Shown here one piece after another: positions 51,540 to 64,000 of a stretch of DNA of 64,000 bases. Below the pieces are notes generated by a model. That model was not told the origin of the DNA, did no database searches, and saw only the letters and a list, made by a program, of their open reading frames with translations. Both the position numbers and the translations under genes were made by a program. The stretch's first letter is position 1, and every line of letters begins with the position of its first letter. The stretch spans positions 13,144,001 to 13,208,000 of the forward strand of contig NC_043021.1 of the NCBI RefSeq assembly GCF_006345805.1, read 5' to 3'. Source of the DNA: Octopus sinensis (Eukaryota).

Positions 51540-53230
51540 TATCATCTTCGCCGTCATCATCACCCTCACCATTATGATTCTCATCATTATCATTATCATC
51601 ACCATCACCATCACCATCATTATTACCATCATAATATCATCGTCATGAACATCGTTATTATTGCTGTTACCATCACTGTCATCACCATCGTTATCATCCT
51701 CATCATCACTATAATCATCATCACCATAATCATCATCGTTGCTGTCATCATCCCCATCACCGCCACCATCATCATCATCTCCATTATCATACTGCCACCA
51801 TCATCATCATGGTCATCATCACGGTCATCATCATCATCATCATCATCATCATCACCATCATCATCATCGTTGCTGTCATCATCCTCATCATCATCATCTC
51901 CATTATCATACTGCCACCATCATCATCATGGTCATCATCACGGTCATCATCATCATCATCATCATCATCACCATCATCATCATCGTTGCTGTCATCATCC
52001 TCATCATCATCATCTCCATTATCATACTGCCACCATCATCATCACGGTCATCATCATCATCATCACCATCATCATCATCGTTGCTGTCATCATCCTCATC
52101 ATCATCATCTCCATTATCATACTGCCACCATCATCATCACGGTCATCATCATCATCATCACCATCATCATCATCGTTGCTGTCATCATCCTCATCATCAT
52201 CATCTCCATTATCATACTGCCACCATCATCATCACGGTCATCATCATCATCATCACCATCATCATCATCGTTGCTGTCATCATCCTCATCATCATCATCT
52301 CCATTATCATACTGCCACCATCATCATCATCACGGTCACCATCACCATCATCATCATCTCCATTATCATACTGCCACCATCATCATCATCACGGTCATCA
52401 TCATCATCATCATCATCATCGTCCTCCTCCTCCTCCTCCTCCTCACTGTTATCCTACCATCATCTCAATCACCGCCACCACCATCAGCTGTATCATCCCC
52501 GCCACCTAATTACAACATAGGGATCCTCGTTAAATTACACAGAGACCAGGAATATCTCCCGAAGAAAACGGAGTGGAGGGCCAAAGGGGGGGAGTTGAGC
52601 AATATATAACAACAACAACAACAACAAGGCTGTTATATATTTATTTTTGCTCATTTTCTTTTCACCTCGTTTGTACAGATAATAGCCTTATCTAATCTGG
52701 GAACCATAGCAACAGCAACAGCAGCAGCAGCAGATGTAGTTGCAACAACAACAATAATAATAATGAGAATAGTGGTGGTGGTAGTGGTAGCAGCAGTATT
52801 AGTAGTAGTAGTGACAGTAAGTGGTGGTGGTGGTGGTAGTTGTGGTGGTAATGGTGGTGGTTGTAGTAGTGGTAGTTGTGGAGGTGGTAGTAGTAGTCTT
52901 AGTAGTAGTAGTAGTAGTAGTAATATTAGTAGTAGTAGTGACAGTAAGTGTTGGTGGTGGTAGTAGTAGTAGTGTTGGTGGTGGTAGTTGTGGTGGTAAT
53001 GGTGGTGGTGGTAGTGGTAGTTGTGGGTTGTGGTGATGTTAATAGTAGTAGTAATAGCAACAACACCGGTGACAGCAACAGCAACAACAACAACAACAGC
53101 AGCAGCAGAATTAGTTGCAACAACAACAACAACAGTGGTGGTAGCAATGATGGTAGTAGTAGTAGTAGTAATAACAACGGTGGCAGCAACAACTGCAACA
53201 ACATTAACAACGCCGCCGACAACAGCAGCA
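51540..53230. repeat. (CAT)n-derived 95-bp higher-order repeat and (GGT/AGT/AAC)n tracts
   Basis: 'gttgctg' recurs at 51985, 52080, 52175 and 52270. Confidence 0.9.
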
Positions 53231-54407
53231 GCAAAGAAGTGAAACTTCCCTGAGAGCCTGCCTCTCGTCCCATCCCTCTTCATCTTTTGTGCATCAATAT
53301 TTCACACTGGATTCTCAGTACGGAATGTCTGTTACTGTATTTTATTAGCTTATAAGACGCACTTTTGCTCCCCCCCCCCACCTCATAAAAATGTCTTAAA
53401 ACTCTCTGGGTCCTATACACAAAGTCGAACCATCCATAAACTAATCTAGTCCCTGACGGTCCTCTGAATATCTACCCCTGAAATTGGGGCTAAAGGCACG
53501 AAAAAGTGCATTCAGCATGGCCATTTCCTTGACGGTTGTAGGGTCCTGTCTTCTTCCTTCCCAAAACTTTTACTTGACTAGTTTAAGGTTATCTCTACAG
53601 ATATCCCATAGAAATTAGGGCCAGCACTGATTGTTACTCTGAGGTTTTGTATACAAGACATCAGCTATAAACAAACAATGGGATCAAGGGCGTGACTGAG
53701 AATATTAAGGGCCCTCAGGCATAACTGTTTACCGGGCCCCTTTGAATGCGTGTTTTAGTAGAGTTACCATGTAGAATAAGTACTAGGCTTACAAAGAATA
53801 AGTCCTGGGGTGGATTTACTCGACTAAAGTACTGGGGTCGATTCATTTGACTAAGACGTCAAGGCAGTGCTCCAGCATGGCCACAGCCTAATGACTGAAA
53901 TAAGCAAAAGAATAAAAGAATAAAGATCAAAGACTTGTGGGTGGATTTGGTCGATGGAAACTAAAAGAAGCCATTAATCTGTGTGTGTGTGTGTATCTAT
54001 GTATGTGAGTCTGTGTATGTGTTTGTCGCCCACCACTGCTTGATAACCAATGTTGGTTTGTTTACAGCCTCACAACTTAAAAGTTCAGCAAAAAAATGAG
54101 ACAGAATGAATAAATATCACTCTTAAGAAAACATGTTCTGGAGGGTCACTATCAAAAATACCAAAAAAACTGGGAAGAGACCCCCGAACAGTGAAGAAAT
54201 TTGTGCAGTCTCCTATTTCTGTCTGACTGAAGGCAGGTAAGGGCAAGTCAAGGGTTGCTTTGAATCATACTTTGTCACTATGTGAAAAGGGAAGTTGTGC
54301 GGAACCTATGTTTGACAAGTAGAGAAGTCTTCAAACGTTGTGGCAGGGAAGACATACCAAAAACTACCAGAACCATGTGGTTGGGAAGTCTGCGCCTTAT
54401 GTATATA

Positions 54408-55015
54408 CAGGGTATCCCAAAAGTCACTGATGGGTTCCAATTTCTAATAACTTGCTTAGCTTTGCAAATAAATGCATGAAATTTTGATACAATATAAAAG
54501 ATATAATGAAAATTAATATGCATGAGTCAAATTTTGCAACACCGCTACATCAAATATGAAAAATGACATTGCTTAAATAGCAGTCATTTTCGGCTTTGCA
54601 TGTCCATGCTCTTTCCAAAACTTGCACCATAACACCCCCAAGAGTTTCAGACCCCACTTCTCTGATTTCTCTATTGATGTTCTCCTTCAGTTACAGCAGA
54701 GTCTGGTTTGTAGATGTAAACCCTCTCTTTCAGGTATTCCCACAAGAAAAAAATCTGAGCTAGTCAAGTCTGGGGAACGTGAAGGCTGTTCAAAGTAGAC
54801 CTCACACATGGTTCCAGCAAGGTGGGGCAACTGCTCATACTGCAAGAGAAACAGTGCAGCTGCTACAGCAGTGCTTTGGAGAGAGAATAATCTCCCACTA
54901 TGGTAATGTCAAGTGGCCTTCACGTACACCAGACTTGACTAGCCTGGATTTTTTCTCATGGGGATACCTGAAGGAGAGGCTTTACATCAACAGACCAGAG
55001 ACCCATGGTGTAACT
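54408..55015. pseudogene. Tc1/mariner-superfamily (maT/DD37D-like) remnant with an inverted duplication of the C-terminal coding segment
   Basis: TIR-like CAGGGTATCCCAAAAGTC after TA. Plus strand reads WFQQGGATAHTA..WPSRTPDLTSLDFFSWGYLKERLY; the same segment occurs in reverse at about 54560-54790. Subfamily assignment is inferred. Confidence 0.7.
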
Positions 55016-55195
55016 TTACACCATGACATTTCTGTGATACACGATTCCTATTGATCGCTTTTTTTCTTTCCTTTTTATGATCCCTTTTGATCGAAAACCT
55101 ACCCCACTTTTTTTTTCTTCCCCAAAAAGAAAAGCTCTACTTTGTAATTTGCCCTGTCTGTGTTCAGCCCTGTGTGGCTAATAAAGAAACATATA

Positions 55196-55700
55196 TATTA
55201 CATACATATAAGAGGGATGACCACTAAGTGGACATCCATTATGCTAGAAGTAGATCCCTTATGGTCTTCCCCAAATGTAATTAGTAGAACTGTATACATG
55301 TTCAATCTCATGCGGATATCTAGTTTATAGTTCTGTAAATTATAATTTGCTATGACGATCACACTGATGAGTTGCGGACATCTATATAAGTGATTACGTA
55401 AGTGGTAACAATGAAACTGGCTTTGTGATTAATCCTTATATTTTGTATCTTTTCATTTGTCTTGCTCCCTTACGTTCTGGTGTTTGTTAAATTTTCTTGA
55501 GAACAATTCTTTCTTAGTGGTAAGACCATAGGGTGTCTACTTCTAGCATAATGGATGTCCACTTAGTGGTCATCCCCCTTATATGTATGTAATATAATTT
55601 TTCTGAATCTTCAGATTTTTCAATATGCTAGACCACTGGTTTTAAATTGATATTAATCAAATTAATATTCAATTTTTCACCCTTATTATTTTAAATTTAA
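55196..55700. mobile_element. Inverted-terminus, probably Penelope-derived element with a degenerate hammerhead-like motif (55357-55430)
   Basis: Same termini as 34200-34505; the longer interior contains GAUCACA-CUGAUGA-GUUG...CAAU-GAAA...UGUGAUU. Confidence 0.55.
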
Positions 55701-56329
55701 ATATATATATATATATATATACAAATTGAGATAGGGGTTGTATCTAACCCTACAGTCTCTTATGTGGTGGTTTAATAAAGTATGTGATTGAGTATTATCT
55801 GGTAATTGATATTTGATTTAGATGTATTTCTCCATTTTCTTATCTTGTATATATATATATATATAATATATATATATAAAAGAACTTATAGTATGTAAGA
55901 AACACACAGGAGCATGATATACTTAGTTCTGACCGAAGGTGTCTTTGGTCAGGAAAAAAGTGCCAGCTCCTATAAAGCCCATCACCACAACCCCCACCAC
56001 CACCACCACCGCTACCACTACCAACATCTCTACAAAATCATTCTCTTTCCTCTATTATTTTTCACTTTCTCCTCTTTATTTTTCTCACTTCTCCCAGCCT
56101 CTCCATCCCATAATCAGATCACTACTATCACTATCACCATCCCATCCACCACCATCACACTTCTCTCTTTCTCCCCCACCCCCTTTTGACATGCATTCTG
56201 ATGACATTTCATAACATCTGAAGCTGTTATCCTCCCCCCACTCCCTCCCCCACCATGTCTGTATTCCTCCAGTTTGGATCTGGGATGTGCTTGTGTAGGG
56301 GAGGTCTCTTTCTTAAAACTCCTTAACCC

Positions 56330-56790
56330 CACCAGCAAAGAGACAGAGGGAGAGAGAGACAGAAACAGAAAGAGAGAGGGGGAGAGGGAGAGGGAGAAAG
56401 AGAAAGGAGAAAAAGAGTGAAGGGGAGAGAGAGGGAGAGAGAAAGTGTGAAAAAGACAGAAAGAGCAGAGAGAAACAGAGAAGTGAGAGAAATAAGAGAG
56501 AAAGAGAAAGTGAGAGTGAAAAAGAGGGAGAAGGAGAGAGAGAGAGAGAGAAACAAAGAAAAAACAGAGAGAGAGGGAAAGAGAGCGAGAGAGAGGGAGA
56601 TGAAGAGAGAAAGAGAAAGCTAGAGAGAGAAATATAGAGACAAAGAGAGAGGGAGAGGGAAAGAGAAAACCAAGAAAGAGGGGAAAAAACAGAGGGGGAG
56701 AGAGAGATGAAGAGAGAAAGAGACAGAGAAAGAGAAAGCTAGAGAGAGAGAAACAGAAGCAAAGAGAGAGGAGAGAAAAAGAGAAAACCA

Positions 56791-56845
<55 letters not shown>

Positions 56846-57820
56846 GAGAGTAGTGAGAAAAAGAGAATCAGCTGGGGTTAGGTGGGGGTGAAGAGATAGA
56901 ATTTGTCTTTTATTCCCCATTTCTGAAGTTCCTGGTGATATTCTTTGTTTATTTGAGTTCCAAGTTTATCATTTTACTAGGGGAGGTGGAAGGGGTCCCA
57001 TGTGAATTCAGGGGGTGCCCAAGAAGATACCTTCTACCACCGCCCCCCTCCAACCTTGTTGCCCTCTTGTGTCCCTTTTTTTTATTTTTATTTTTAAATC
57101 TTAAGTACAATACACCACCACCACCACCACCACCACCACCGCCACCACACTGCTGTTACAACTATTATCATCCCTCCCTCACCCAACACTCCCAGCACTT
57201 TACCACCATCACCATTAGTGCCCTTAGCATCAACATCAGCCTTGCATGAGCACACCACCACCTCCTCCTCCTCCTCCTCCCCCCACCACCACTACCACAA
57301 CATATCCACCACCATCACTACCCCACCACCACCCCACCACCACCATCACTACCCCACCTCCACCATCACTACCCCCCCCCACCACCAACCAAAAAAAAAA
57401 TCGCTGCCTCCACCACCAACACCATTTCCTTTCAATCAGCAGTTACTTGGCCTCTGCCAACGCCACCATTATCAGTACCCCACCACCTCTGCTGCTTCAT
57501 TACCGCCCCCCCCCAGTACTACAACTATAAGCAATAGACACCAAACCACCACCACTACCACCGCCACCATTACTAATGTTAGAACAACTTCACCACTGGT
57601 ACTAAGAATATCACTCTTTTTCCTTCTCCCCTTGCATTGCCACCACCACCACCACCACTACCATTACACCTACGACACCCACCACCACCACCACCACCAC
57701 CACTGATACCTACATGACTATGACCTCTCACCACCACCAGTAATAGTACCATCCCCCTTATTAGAACTATGAGCATCACTCTGCCAACACCACCAACGCC
57801 ACCACTACCACCACCAGTTT
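56330..57820. repeat. (GA)n-rich and (CAC)n-rich low-complexity tracts
   Basis: Directly visible. Confidence 0.9.
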
Positions 57821-57909
57821 ACTTTCACCTATAAGGGAGCTTGTATATGGTTGCTCCTCTTGCTAGAAATAGCATCCAACTCTTCTTGAATTCACACTCT
57901 GGCACTCCG

Positions 57910-58995
57910 TCAGTTATAACGATGAAGGTTCCAGTTGATCCGATCAACGGAACAGCCTAGCTTGCTTACCAACCACATGGTTCCTGGTTCAGTCCCACTG
58001 TGTGGCACCTTGGGCAAGTGTCTTTGACTATAGCCTCAGGCCAACCAAAGCCTTGTGAGTGTTTTTGGTAGTCGGAAACTGAAAGAAGCCCACCGTATAT
58101 ATGTATCTATATATTTATATGTGTGTGTGTGTGTGTGTTTGTGTGTCTGTGCTCGTCCCCCACCAACATCCCTTGATAGCTGATGCTGGTGTTTTTACGT
58201 CCCCGTGACCTAGCGGTTTGGTAAGAGAGACCGATAGAGTAAGTACTAGGCTTACAGGGAATAAGTCCTGGGGTCGATTTGATCGACTAAAAGTGGTGCT
58301 CCAGCATGGCCACAGTCAAATGACTGAAACAAGTAAAAGAGTAAGAGTTAAAAGAGTAAGTGGCTGAGCACTCCACAGACACACGTACCCTCAATATAGT
58401 TCCAAGGGAGATTCAGTGTGACAAAACTGGCCCCTTTGAATTACAGGTACAACTGAATTTTGCCAGCTGAGTGAATTGGAGCAACAGGAAATAAAGTGTC
58501 TTGCTCAAGGACACAATGCATCACTGGGAGTTGAACTCACAACCTTACAATTGTGAATCAAACACCCTCACCACTAAGCCATGCACCTTTTCTACATAGT
58601 CTTTCATTCTTTTACTTGTTTCATTCATTTGATTGCGGCTATGCTGGAGCACCGACTTAAAGGGTTTTAGTTGAAGGAATCGACCCCAGGACTTATTCTT
58701 TTTAAGCCTAGTAGTTATTCTATTGGACTCTTTTGCCAAGCTGCTAAGTTACGAGGACGAAGGCACGCCACCATCGGATGTCAAGCAATGGTGGGGGACA
58801 AATGCACACACAAACACACACACATATATATATATATATACGACAGGCTTCTTTCAGTTTCCGTCTACCAAATCCACTCACAAGGCTTTGGTTGGCCCAT
58901 GGCTACAGTAGAAGACACTTGCCCAAGGTACCACGCAGTGGGATTGAACCCGGAACTATGGGGCCAGTAAACAAGCTACTTACCACACAGCCACG
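57910..58995. mobile_element. Family D SINE interrupted by family A (57958-58340, plus strand), followed by family A on the minus strand (58600-58995)
   Basis: Family D sequence stops at 'cggaacagcct' and resumes at 'aagtggctgagcactcc'. Confidence 0.8.
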
Positions 58996-59329
58996 CTTCT
59001 TAAAAAAAGAAGACGGCGCATTAAATAATGTAGTCTTAGGTACACATTATTCCTAAAAAACAAATGCAAACTTAGACAGTAGTGTCACAACAGGAAAGCC
59101 TGTTGACATTTTTCACTCTGCTCCATCAAGGTTTACCTAGGGTTAAACAACAACATCTTCCACACTACCATCATCATTATCATCATCATCATCGTCAACA
59201 TCATTGTCAGTACCAGTTACTCAGTGACTCTCACCTCTCTTGACCACCATCAACCCCGCCCCTCTCCCCTCACCATCAACTTGTAAGCATTATAACATTA
59301 TAGTATATGTATTATAGTATATGTATGTT

Positions 59330-60002
59330 AAGAAAACGAAGATCTTGTCAACAGCAGCCACAACAAACATCAGCATCAAGATCGATAATGAAGAGATCGA
59401 AGTGGTTGATGATTTCATCTTCCTTGGCTCCAAAATAAATCGAGATGGTGACTGCACTGCAGAAATAAGACGGCGGATAGTACTAGGCAGAGAGGCAATG
59501 GTCAGCATGAGCAGGGTCTGGAAGAGTAGAGACATCAGACTCGCTACCAAATGCAGATTGGTGAATGCAATTGTCTTCCCAATAGCAACATATGGATGTG
59601 AGACCTGGACACTAAAGAAAGCTGACCAGAAAGCTGCATTCGAGCTTTGGTGTTGGAGAAGACTTTTACGTATTCCATGGACAGTGAGGCTCACCAATGG
59701 AGAAGTTCTTAAGCAGATCAGGCCGAAAATGTCGCTAGAAGCTAGGATCACCAAGCATAGATTGGCATATTTCGTTCATATTGTGCGGAGAAAATCCCTG
59801 GAGAAGGACATCATGCTTGGAATGGTCAGTGGCAAGAGAGGAAGAGGCCGACCAAGAACTCACTGGCTTGACACCATCAAGAGTGATACCGGAATGGACC
59901 TAGCCAGTCTGAAAGAAGTGGCCCAGGATAGAACTGACTGGAGGACACTGATCCAACGAGTAACCGAGAGTCGACTTCGACTGAGCAGATAGATAGATAG
60001 AT
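59330..60002 (+). mobile_element. 5'-truncated RTE (BovB-like) LINE with a stop-free C-terminal ORF and (AGAT)n tail
   Basis: ORF 59321-59992: IEVVDDFIFLGS, VFPIATYGCETWT, AFELWCWRRLLRIPWT, GKRGRGRPR.HWLD. Confidence 0.92.
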
Positions 60003-60914
60003 ATGTTATAACATATATGTATATATGTGTATGTTACATATATATATATATGTATATATATAGGTTATATGTATGTTATATGGATGTGTGAAAGACCCCC
60101 AACGGTGGATCAAGTAGAGGAAGCTAGATCTCTGAACTCAACGATTGATCCAAGCAGAAGAGGGCAATGCCAGACAGACTGGCCAGAAAGATGCAACTCT
60201 AATGACATTGGAGCTAGCTGCATTCCCTTGCAACCCATTTTCTGGGCCTTGCATGTCACTCCAGGTAGTGCTGTGGCAGGATTTGGGGCCATAGTGTGTG
60301 GGGATCCCCTTGGCTAGAAGATCTCCACCCTAAACAAACTCATGCAATTGGCTGGTTTCTTTTTGATACAACTCGCTCCCGCCTCTTTTTTTTTTTTTTT
60401 TATCAAAAGCCCAACGGTGATGGGGTAAGGATGGTGGAATCAGGTTTTGGTGAAACTAGAAGCTCCTAGTCTGGACCTGCACATTGGTAGCAGATGCAAG
60501 ATGGTCACCTCCCTGGGACATGGTGACAACCCAGGGACTTGGTCCTGCATCTGTGACTGAGCAGGCCTATTTGGAAACACCACTGCTCACCCTGAATGGG
60601 GAAGGCCAAGTGTGTATGTATGTGTATGTGTGTGTGTGTGTGTGTGTGTATTGTATGTGCATGTTCATTGTGTGTAGTGCGTCTGTGTTTGTCTCCCACA
60701 ATCGTTTGACAACTGGTGCTGGTGTGTCTACATCCCTCTAACTTAGCAGTTTGGCAAAAAAGAGTGATAGAATAGGTACCAGGCTTTAAAAAAATTATAA
60801 GTACCGGAGTTGATTCGTTAGACTAAAATTCTTCAAGGCGGTGCCCCAGCATGGCCACAGTCTAATGACTGAAATAAAAAGAGATAAAAGATCCAGAGGA
60901 CATATCATTATTTC

Positions 60915-62301
60915 AAATTTTGTCACAAGGCCAGCAATTTTGGGGGCAGGGGCTCGGTCAGTTACATCGACCCCAGTACACAACTGGTACTGATTTTTAT
61001 CGATCGTGAAAGGATGAAAAGCAAAGACTACCTCAGCGAAATTTGAACTGAGAGAGTAAAGATGGATGAAATGCCGCCAATGAAAAAAGTTTAACCATTT
61101 TTGAAGGAGAGGATACATTAATGTAGGTGTCTCATGCAGCCTTAAAATAGAAGACAGGATGGTCATGGATGGACTACCTTTGAACTAGCTCTGTGTATCA
61201 AGGCTAACATGGAGGTAAGTAACAACACCACCACATCACAACCACCACCACCACCACCACCGCTACCACCACCACTACCACCACCACCACTACCACCACC
61301 ACTACCACCACTACCACTACCACCACCAACACTGCTATATCTCAATCACCGCCACCACTACATCACAACCACCATGAATGCTACCAGCACCACAATACTA
61401 CCATCACAACCACCACTACCACATCACAATCACCATCAGCACCATCACCACCAACACCATTATATCTCAACCACCACCATCACTACTACCACCACTACCA
61501 CCACATCACAACTACCATCAATACCACCACCACTGCTACTACTACCACTACCACCACCACAACACATCAACCACCACCACCATCATTGCCTTCTTTACTA
61601 CTACTGCTGCCACCCCACAACCTCCACCTCCACCACAAACATACCACTATCTACAACAACAACAACAACACCAGCCATACACAAGACACAGTTCTGTAAA
61701 TTTCTGCATCAGGTTATCACCAGAATACCTCATTGCTTTCTTATCTTTGGCTTAGCATATACACACACACACACACACACGCACACACCTACACCACCCC
61801 CTTCATCTGCACCTGCTATGGACCCCCTCCACTCCCCCTCCCTTCTGCTCACCGTTATCTTGCCTCTGACTCACCTCCTCTGCCCAACCCCTGCTCCCAC
61901 CCCATTACCCGAATCTGGTGGCTGGAATAATACTCTGGCAGGATTGCAAAGATGAAGTAACAACATGAGGTGGAATGGACTTCTACTTCGTGAGGTAACT
62001 AAACACACACACACACACACACACACACAGATACATGTTTATGTATACATAGGCATGTGTGTGTGTACATGTATTGTATGTGTGTGTCTAGAAGTAGACA
62101 TAGGTGTGCACCTTACTTCCCAATGACATGGTCTCAAGTTCATTCCCCACTCGCTGCAGCACCTTTGGGCAAGTTAGCCTACAGCCCTGAACAACATATT
62201 TATTTGAGTAGAATTAAGTAGATGGAAACTGAGAGAATCCCATATCGCACACACACACATCCACATACATATATGTGCATACATACACACATATGCATAC
62301 A

Positions 62302-62334
<33 letters not shown>

Positions 62335-62501
62335 GAGCAGGGCTCATTAGCCACCAACGGAGCTGCAAATGCAAAATATAAGTTAGTCCTAGAGCGCACA
62401 ATGTTCCTGAAGGTCGGCAATGGTCTTCCTCGATCACAAGTGGATGGCCATCATCATATATATATATATATACACACACACCACACATATACATATATGC
62501 A

Positions 62502-62532
<31 letters not shown>

Positions 62533-62810
62533 ATTTAGAAGCAAAAGTGGAGATAAGCATAACAGACAGATCAAGTATATTAGGGCAGCAAGCTGGCAGA
62601 AATGTTAGCACACGGGGCGATATGCTTAGTGGTATTTCGTCTGTCTTTATGTTCTGAGTTCAAATTCCACCTAGGTCGACTTTGCTTTTCATCCTTTTGT
62701 GGTCGATAAATTAAGGACCAGCTGCATACTGGGGTTGATCTAATTGACTGCCCCCTCCCCCACTCTCCAAAAATTTTGGGACTTGTGCCTAGAGCAGAAA
62801 AGGATATATG
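60915..62810. mobile_element. Family B SINE copies (60915-61080 minus, 62585-62810 plus) flanking (CAC)n and (TG)n tracts
   Basis: Family B cores. Confidence 0.75.
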
Positions 62811-62887
62811 AAGTATATTAAATACACGAAATACAAAAATGTCTATATATATATATATATAAAGGTTCAACGTACACAGAGTACAAA

Positions 62888-63029
62888 CACTAGTGTAGCT
62901 AGAGTGTGTGCTGCCCAGGGTGGCCCTTCTGTTTGCCACCCCCTGGACCCCACAAAAAACACATATTGACTACAGCAGAACCCAAAGTGGTGTGCCTTTA
63001 AAAGTGCACCACCCCTAGCTATGCTAGTG
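62888..63029. mobile_element. Small MITE
   Basis: Imperfect TIRs CACTAGTGTAGCTAG and CTAGCTATGCTAGTG. Confidence 0.55.
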
Positions 63030-63454
63030 AGTGCAAAGGATATAGAAAATAAAGGGGTGGAAAAGAACTGAACCATATACATCTAACCCCCTCCACTTCA
63101 CTTTGAAGGACCACAAACCCAACTTCTTCACTAAGCCTTCTTCTTTCTTCCACCCTTTAATTTTCTATATCGTTTGTACTCTATGCAAGTTGGACCCTTT
63201 TTATATGTCTACATATACACATATTTTGTGTCTCATGTATTTAATATACTTTACATATCGATCTGTCTTACTTTGTTTATCCTTACATTTAGTTCTGTAG
63301 CTGCTCAAGTTAAAATCTCTTGAGCACTCACTACTAAGTGTATTCTATACTGAGAACATTTTGCTCTCATCTATGAACTATATATGTGACCGCGTGTGTA
63401 TCATTGGTGATTTTTTTCCTCCGTCTTCCCTGCCTTGGACCTTTCTTTTTCTAT

Positions 63455-63489
63455 GTTTCTGACGAAGAGCTCCGCTCAAAACGTTAAAT
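63455..63489 (+). ncRNA. Minimal loop-less hammerhead motif with a G12-to-A lesion, in a Penelope-like terminal repeat
   Basis: GUUU-CUGACGA-A-GAGC-UCC-GCUC-(A)AAA-C-G-U-U-AAAU. The perfect 4-bp stem II and ACGU palindrome are present; position 63478 should be G. Confidence 0.6.
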
Positions 63490-63704
63490 CCTCCTTCTTT
63501 CTTTCCTTTCCTGAGCATCCAATAACACTATACTTGTTCCAACAACACGTGCTTTCTCTTTGTGTTTCCATGTTTGGATTAACACACACACACACATCTG
63601 CTGGTTTTCTTTCAGTTTCCATCTGCCAGATCCATTGACAAGGCTTTGGCTGGCCCAAGGTTATACTAGAAGAGACTAGTATATGATGATGATATATATA
63701 TATA

Positions 63705-64000
63705 TAGGCACAGGCATGACTGTGTGGTAAAAAGCTAACTTCCCAACCATATAGTTCCGGGTTCAGTCCCATTGTGTAGCACCTTGGGCATGTGCATTCT
63801 ACTGCAGCCTCAGCTGAAAGAGGTCCAAGGTGCTACACAGTAGGACTGAACTCAGAACCATGCCATTTGGAAGCAAGCTTCTTGCCATACAGCCATGCCT
63901 ACACCTGTATATAAACATGCATACACATGTATACACACACACATACACACATCTGATGGGCTTCTTTCAGTTTCTGTCTACCAAATTCAATCACCATGCT
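63705..64000. mobile_element. SINE family A fragments in both orientations
   Basis: Head at about 63705-63800 (plus strand) and a reverse head at about 63800-63900. Confidence 0.75.

Noticed and set aside
51516-52609. 256-334 aa His/Ser/Ile-rich ORFs
   Set aside because: They derive from (CAT)n and are open in all three frames; the repeat period is 95 bp.

Overview
Eukaryotic, repeat-saturated DNA with no host protein-coding gene that I can support; it looks intergenic or deep-intronic. The SINE/MITE repertoire looks cephalopod, probably Octopus (inferred from recalled repeat motifs, not from a search). Nearly all ORF-track entries are microsatellite or SINE read-through. Real content: four abundant tRNA-type or RTE-tailed SINE families; decayed transposon coding fragments (Ty3/gypsy-type integrase, RTE LINEs, an R4/Dong-type LINE next to a (TAA)n tract, mariner, Tc1, maT-like); piggyBac-type TTAA MITEs; a Helitron; foldback elements; a 31-bp minisatellite with higher-order structure; and a 100-N gap. 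The two most interesting signals are (1) hammerhead ribozyme motifs in four unrelated Penelope-like repeats, including three identical intact type I copies at 3.5-4.8 kb in tandem plus inverted arrangement, and (2) an intron-containing tRNA-Lys(UUU)-like gene fragment with its Pol III terminator, captured inside a MITE at 38.3 kb. All structures were checked by eye; no folding, alignment or database search was run.
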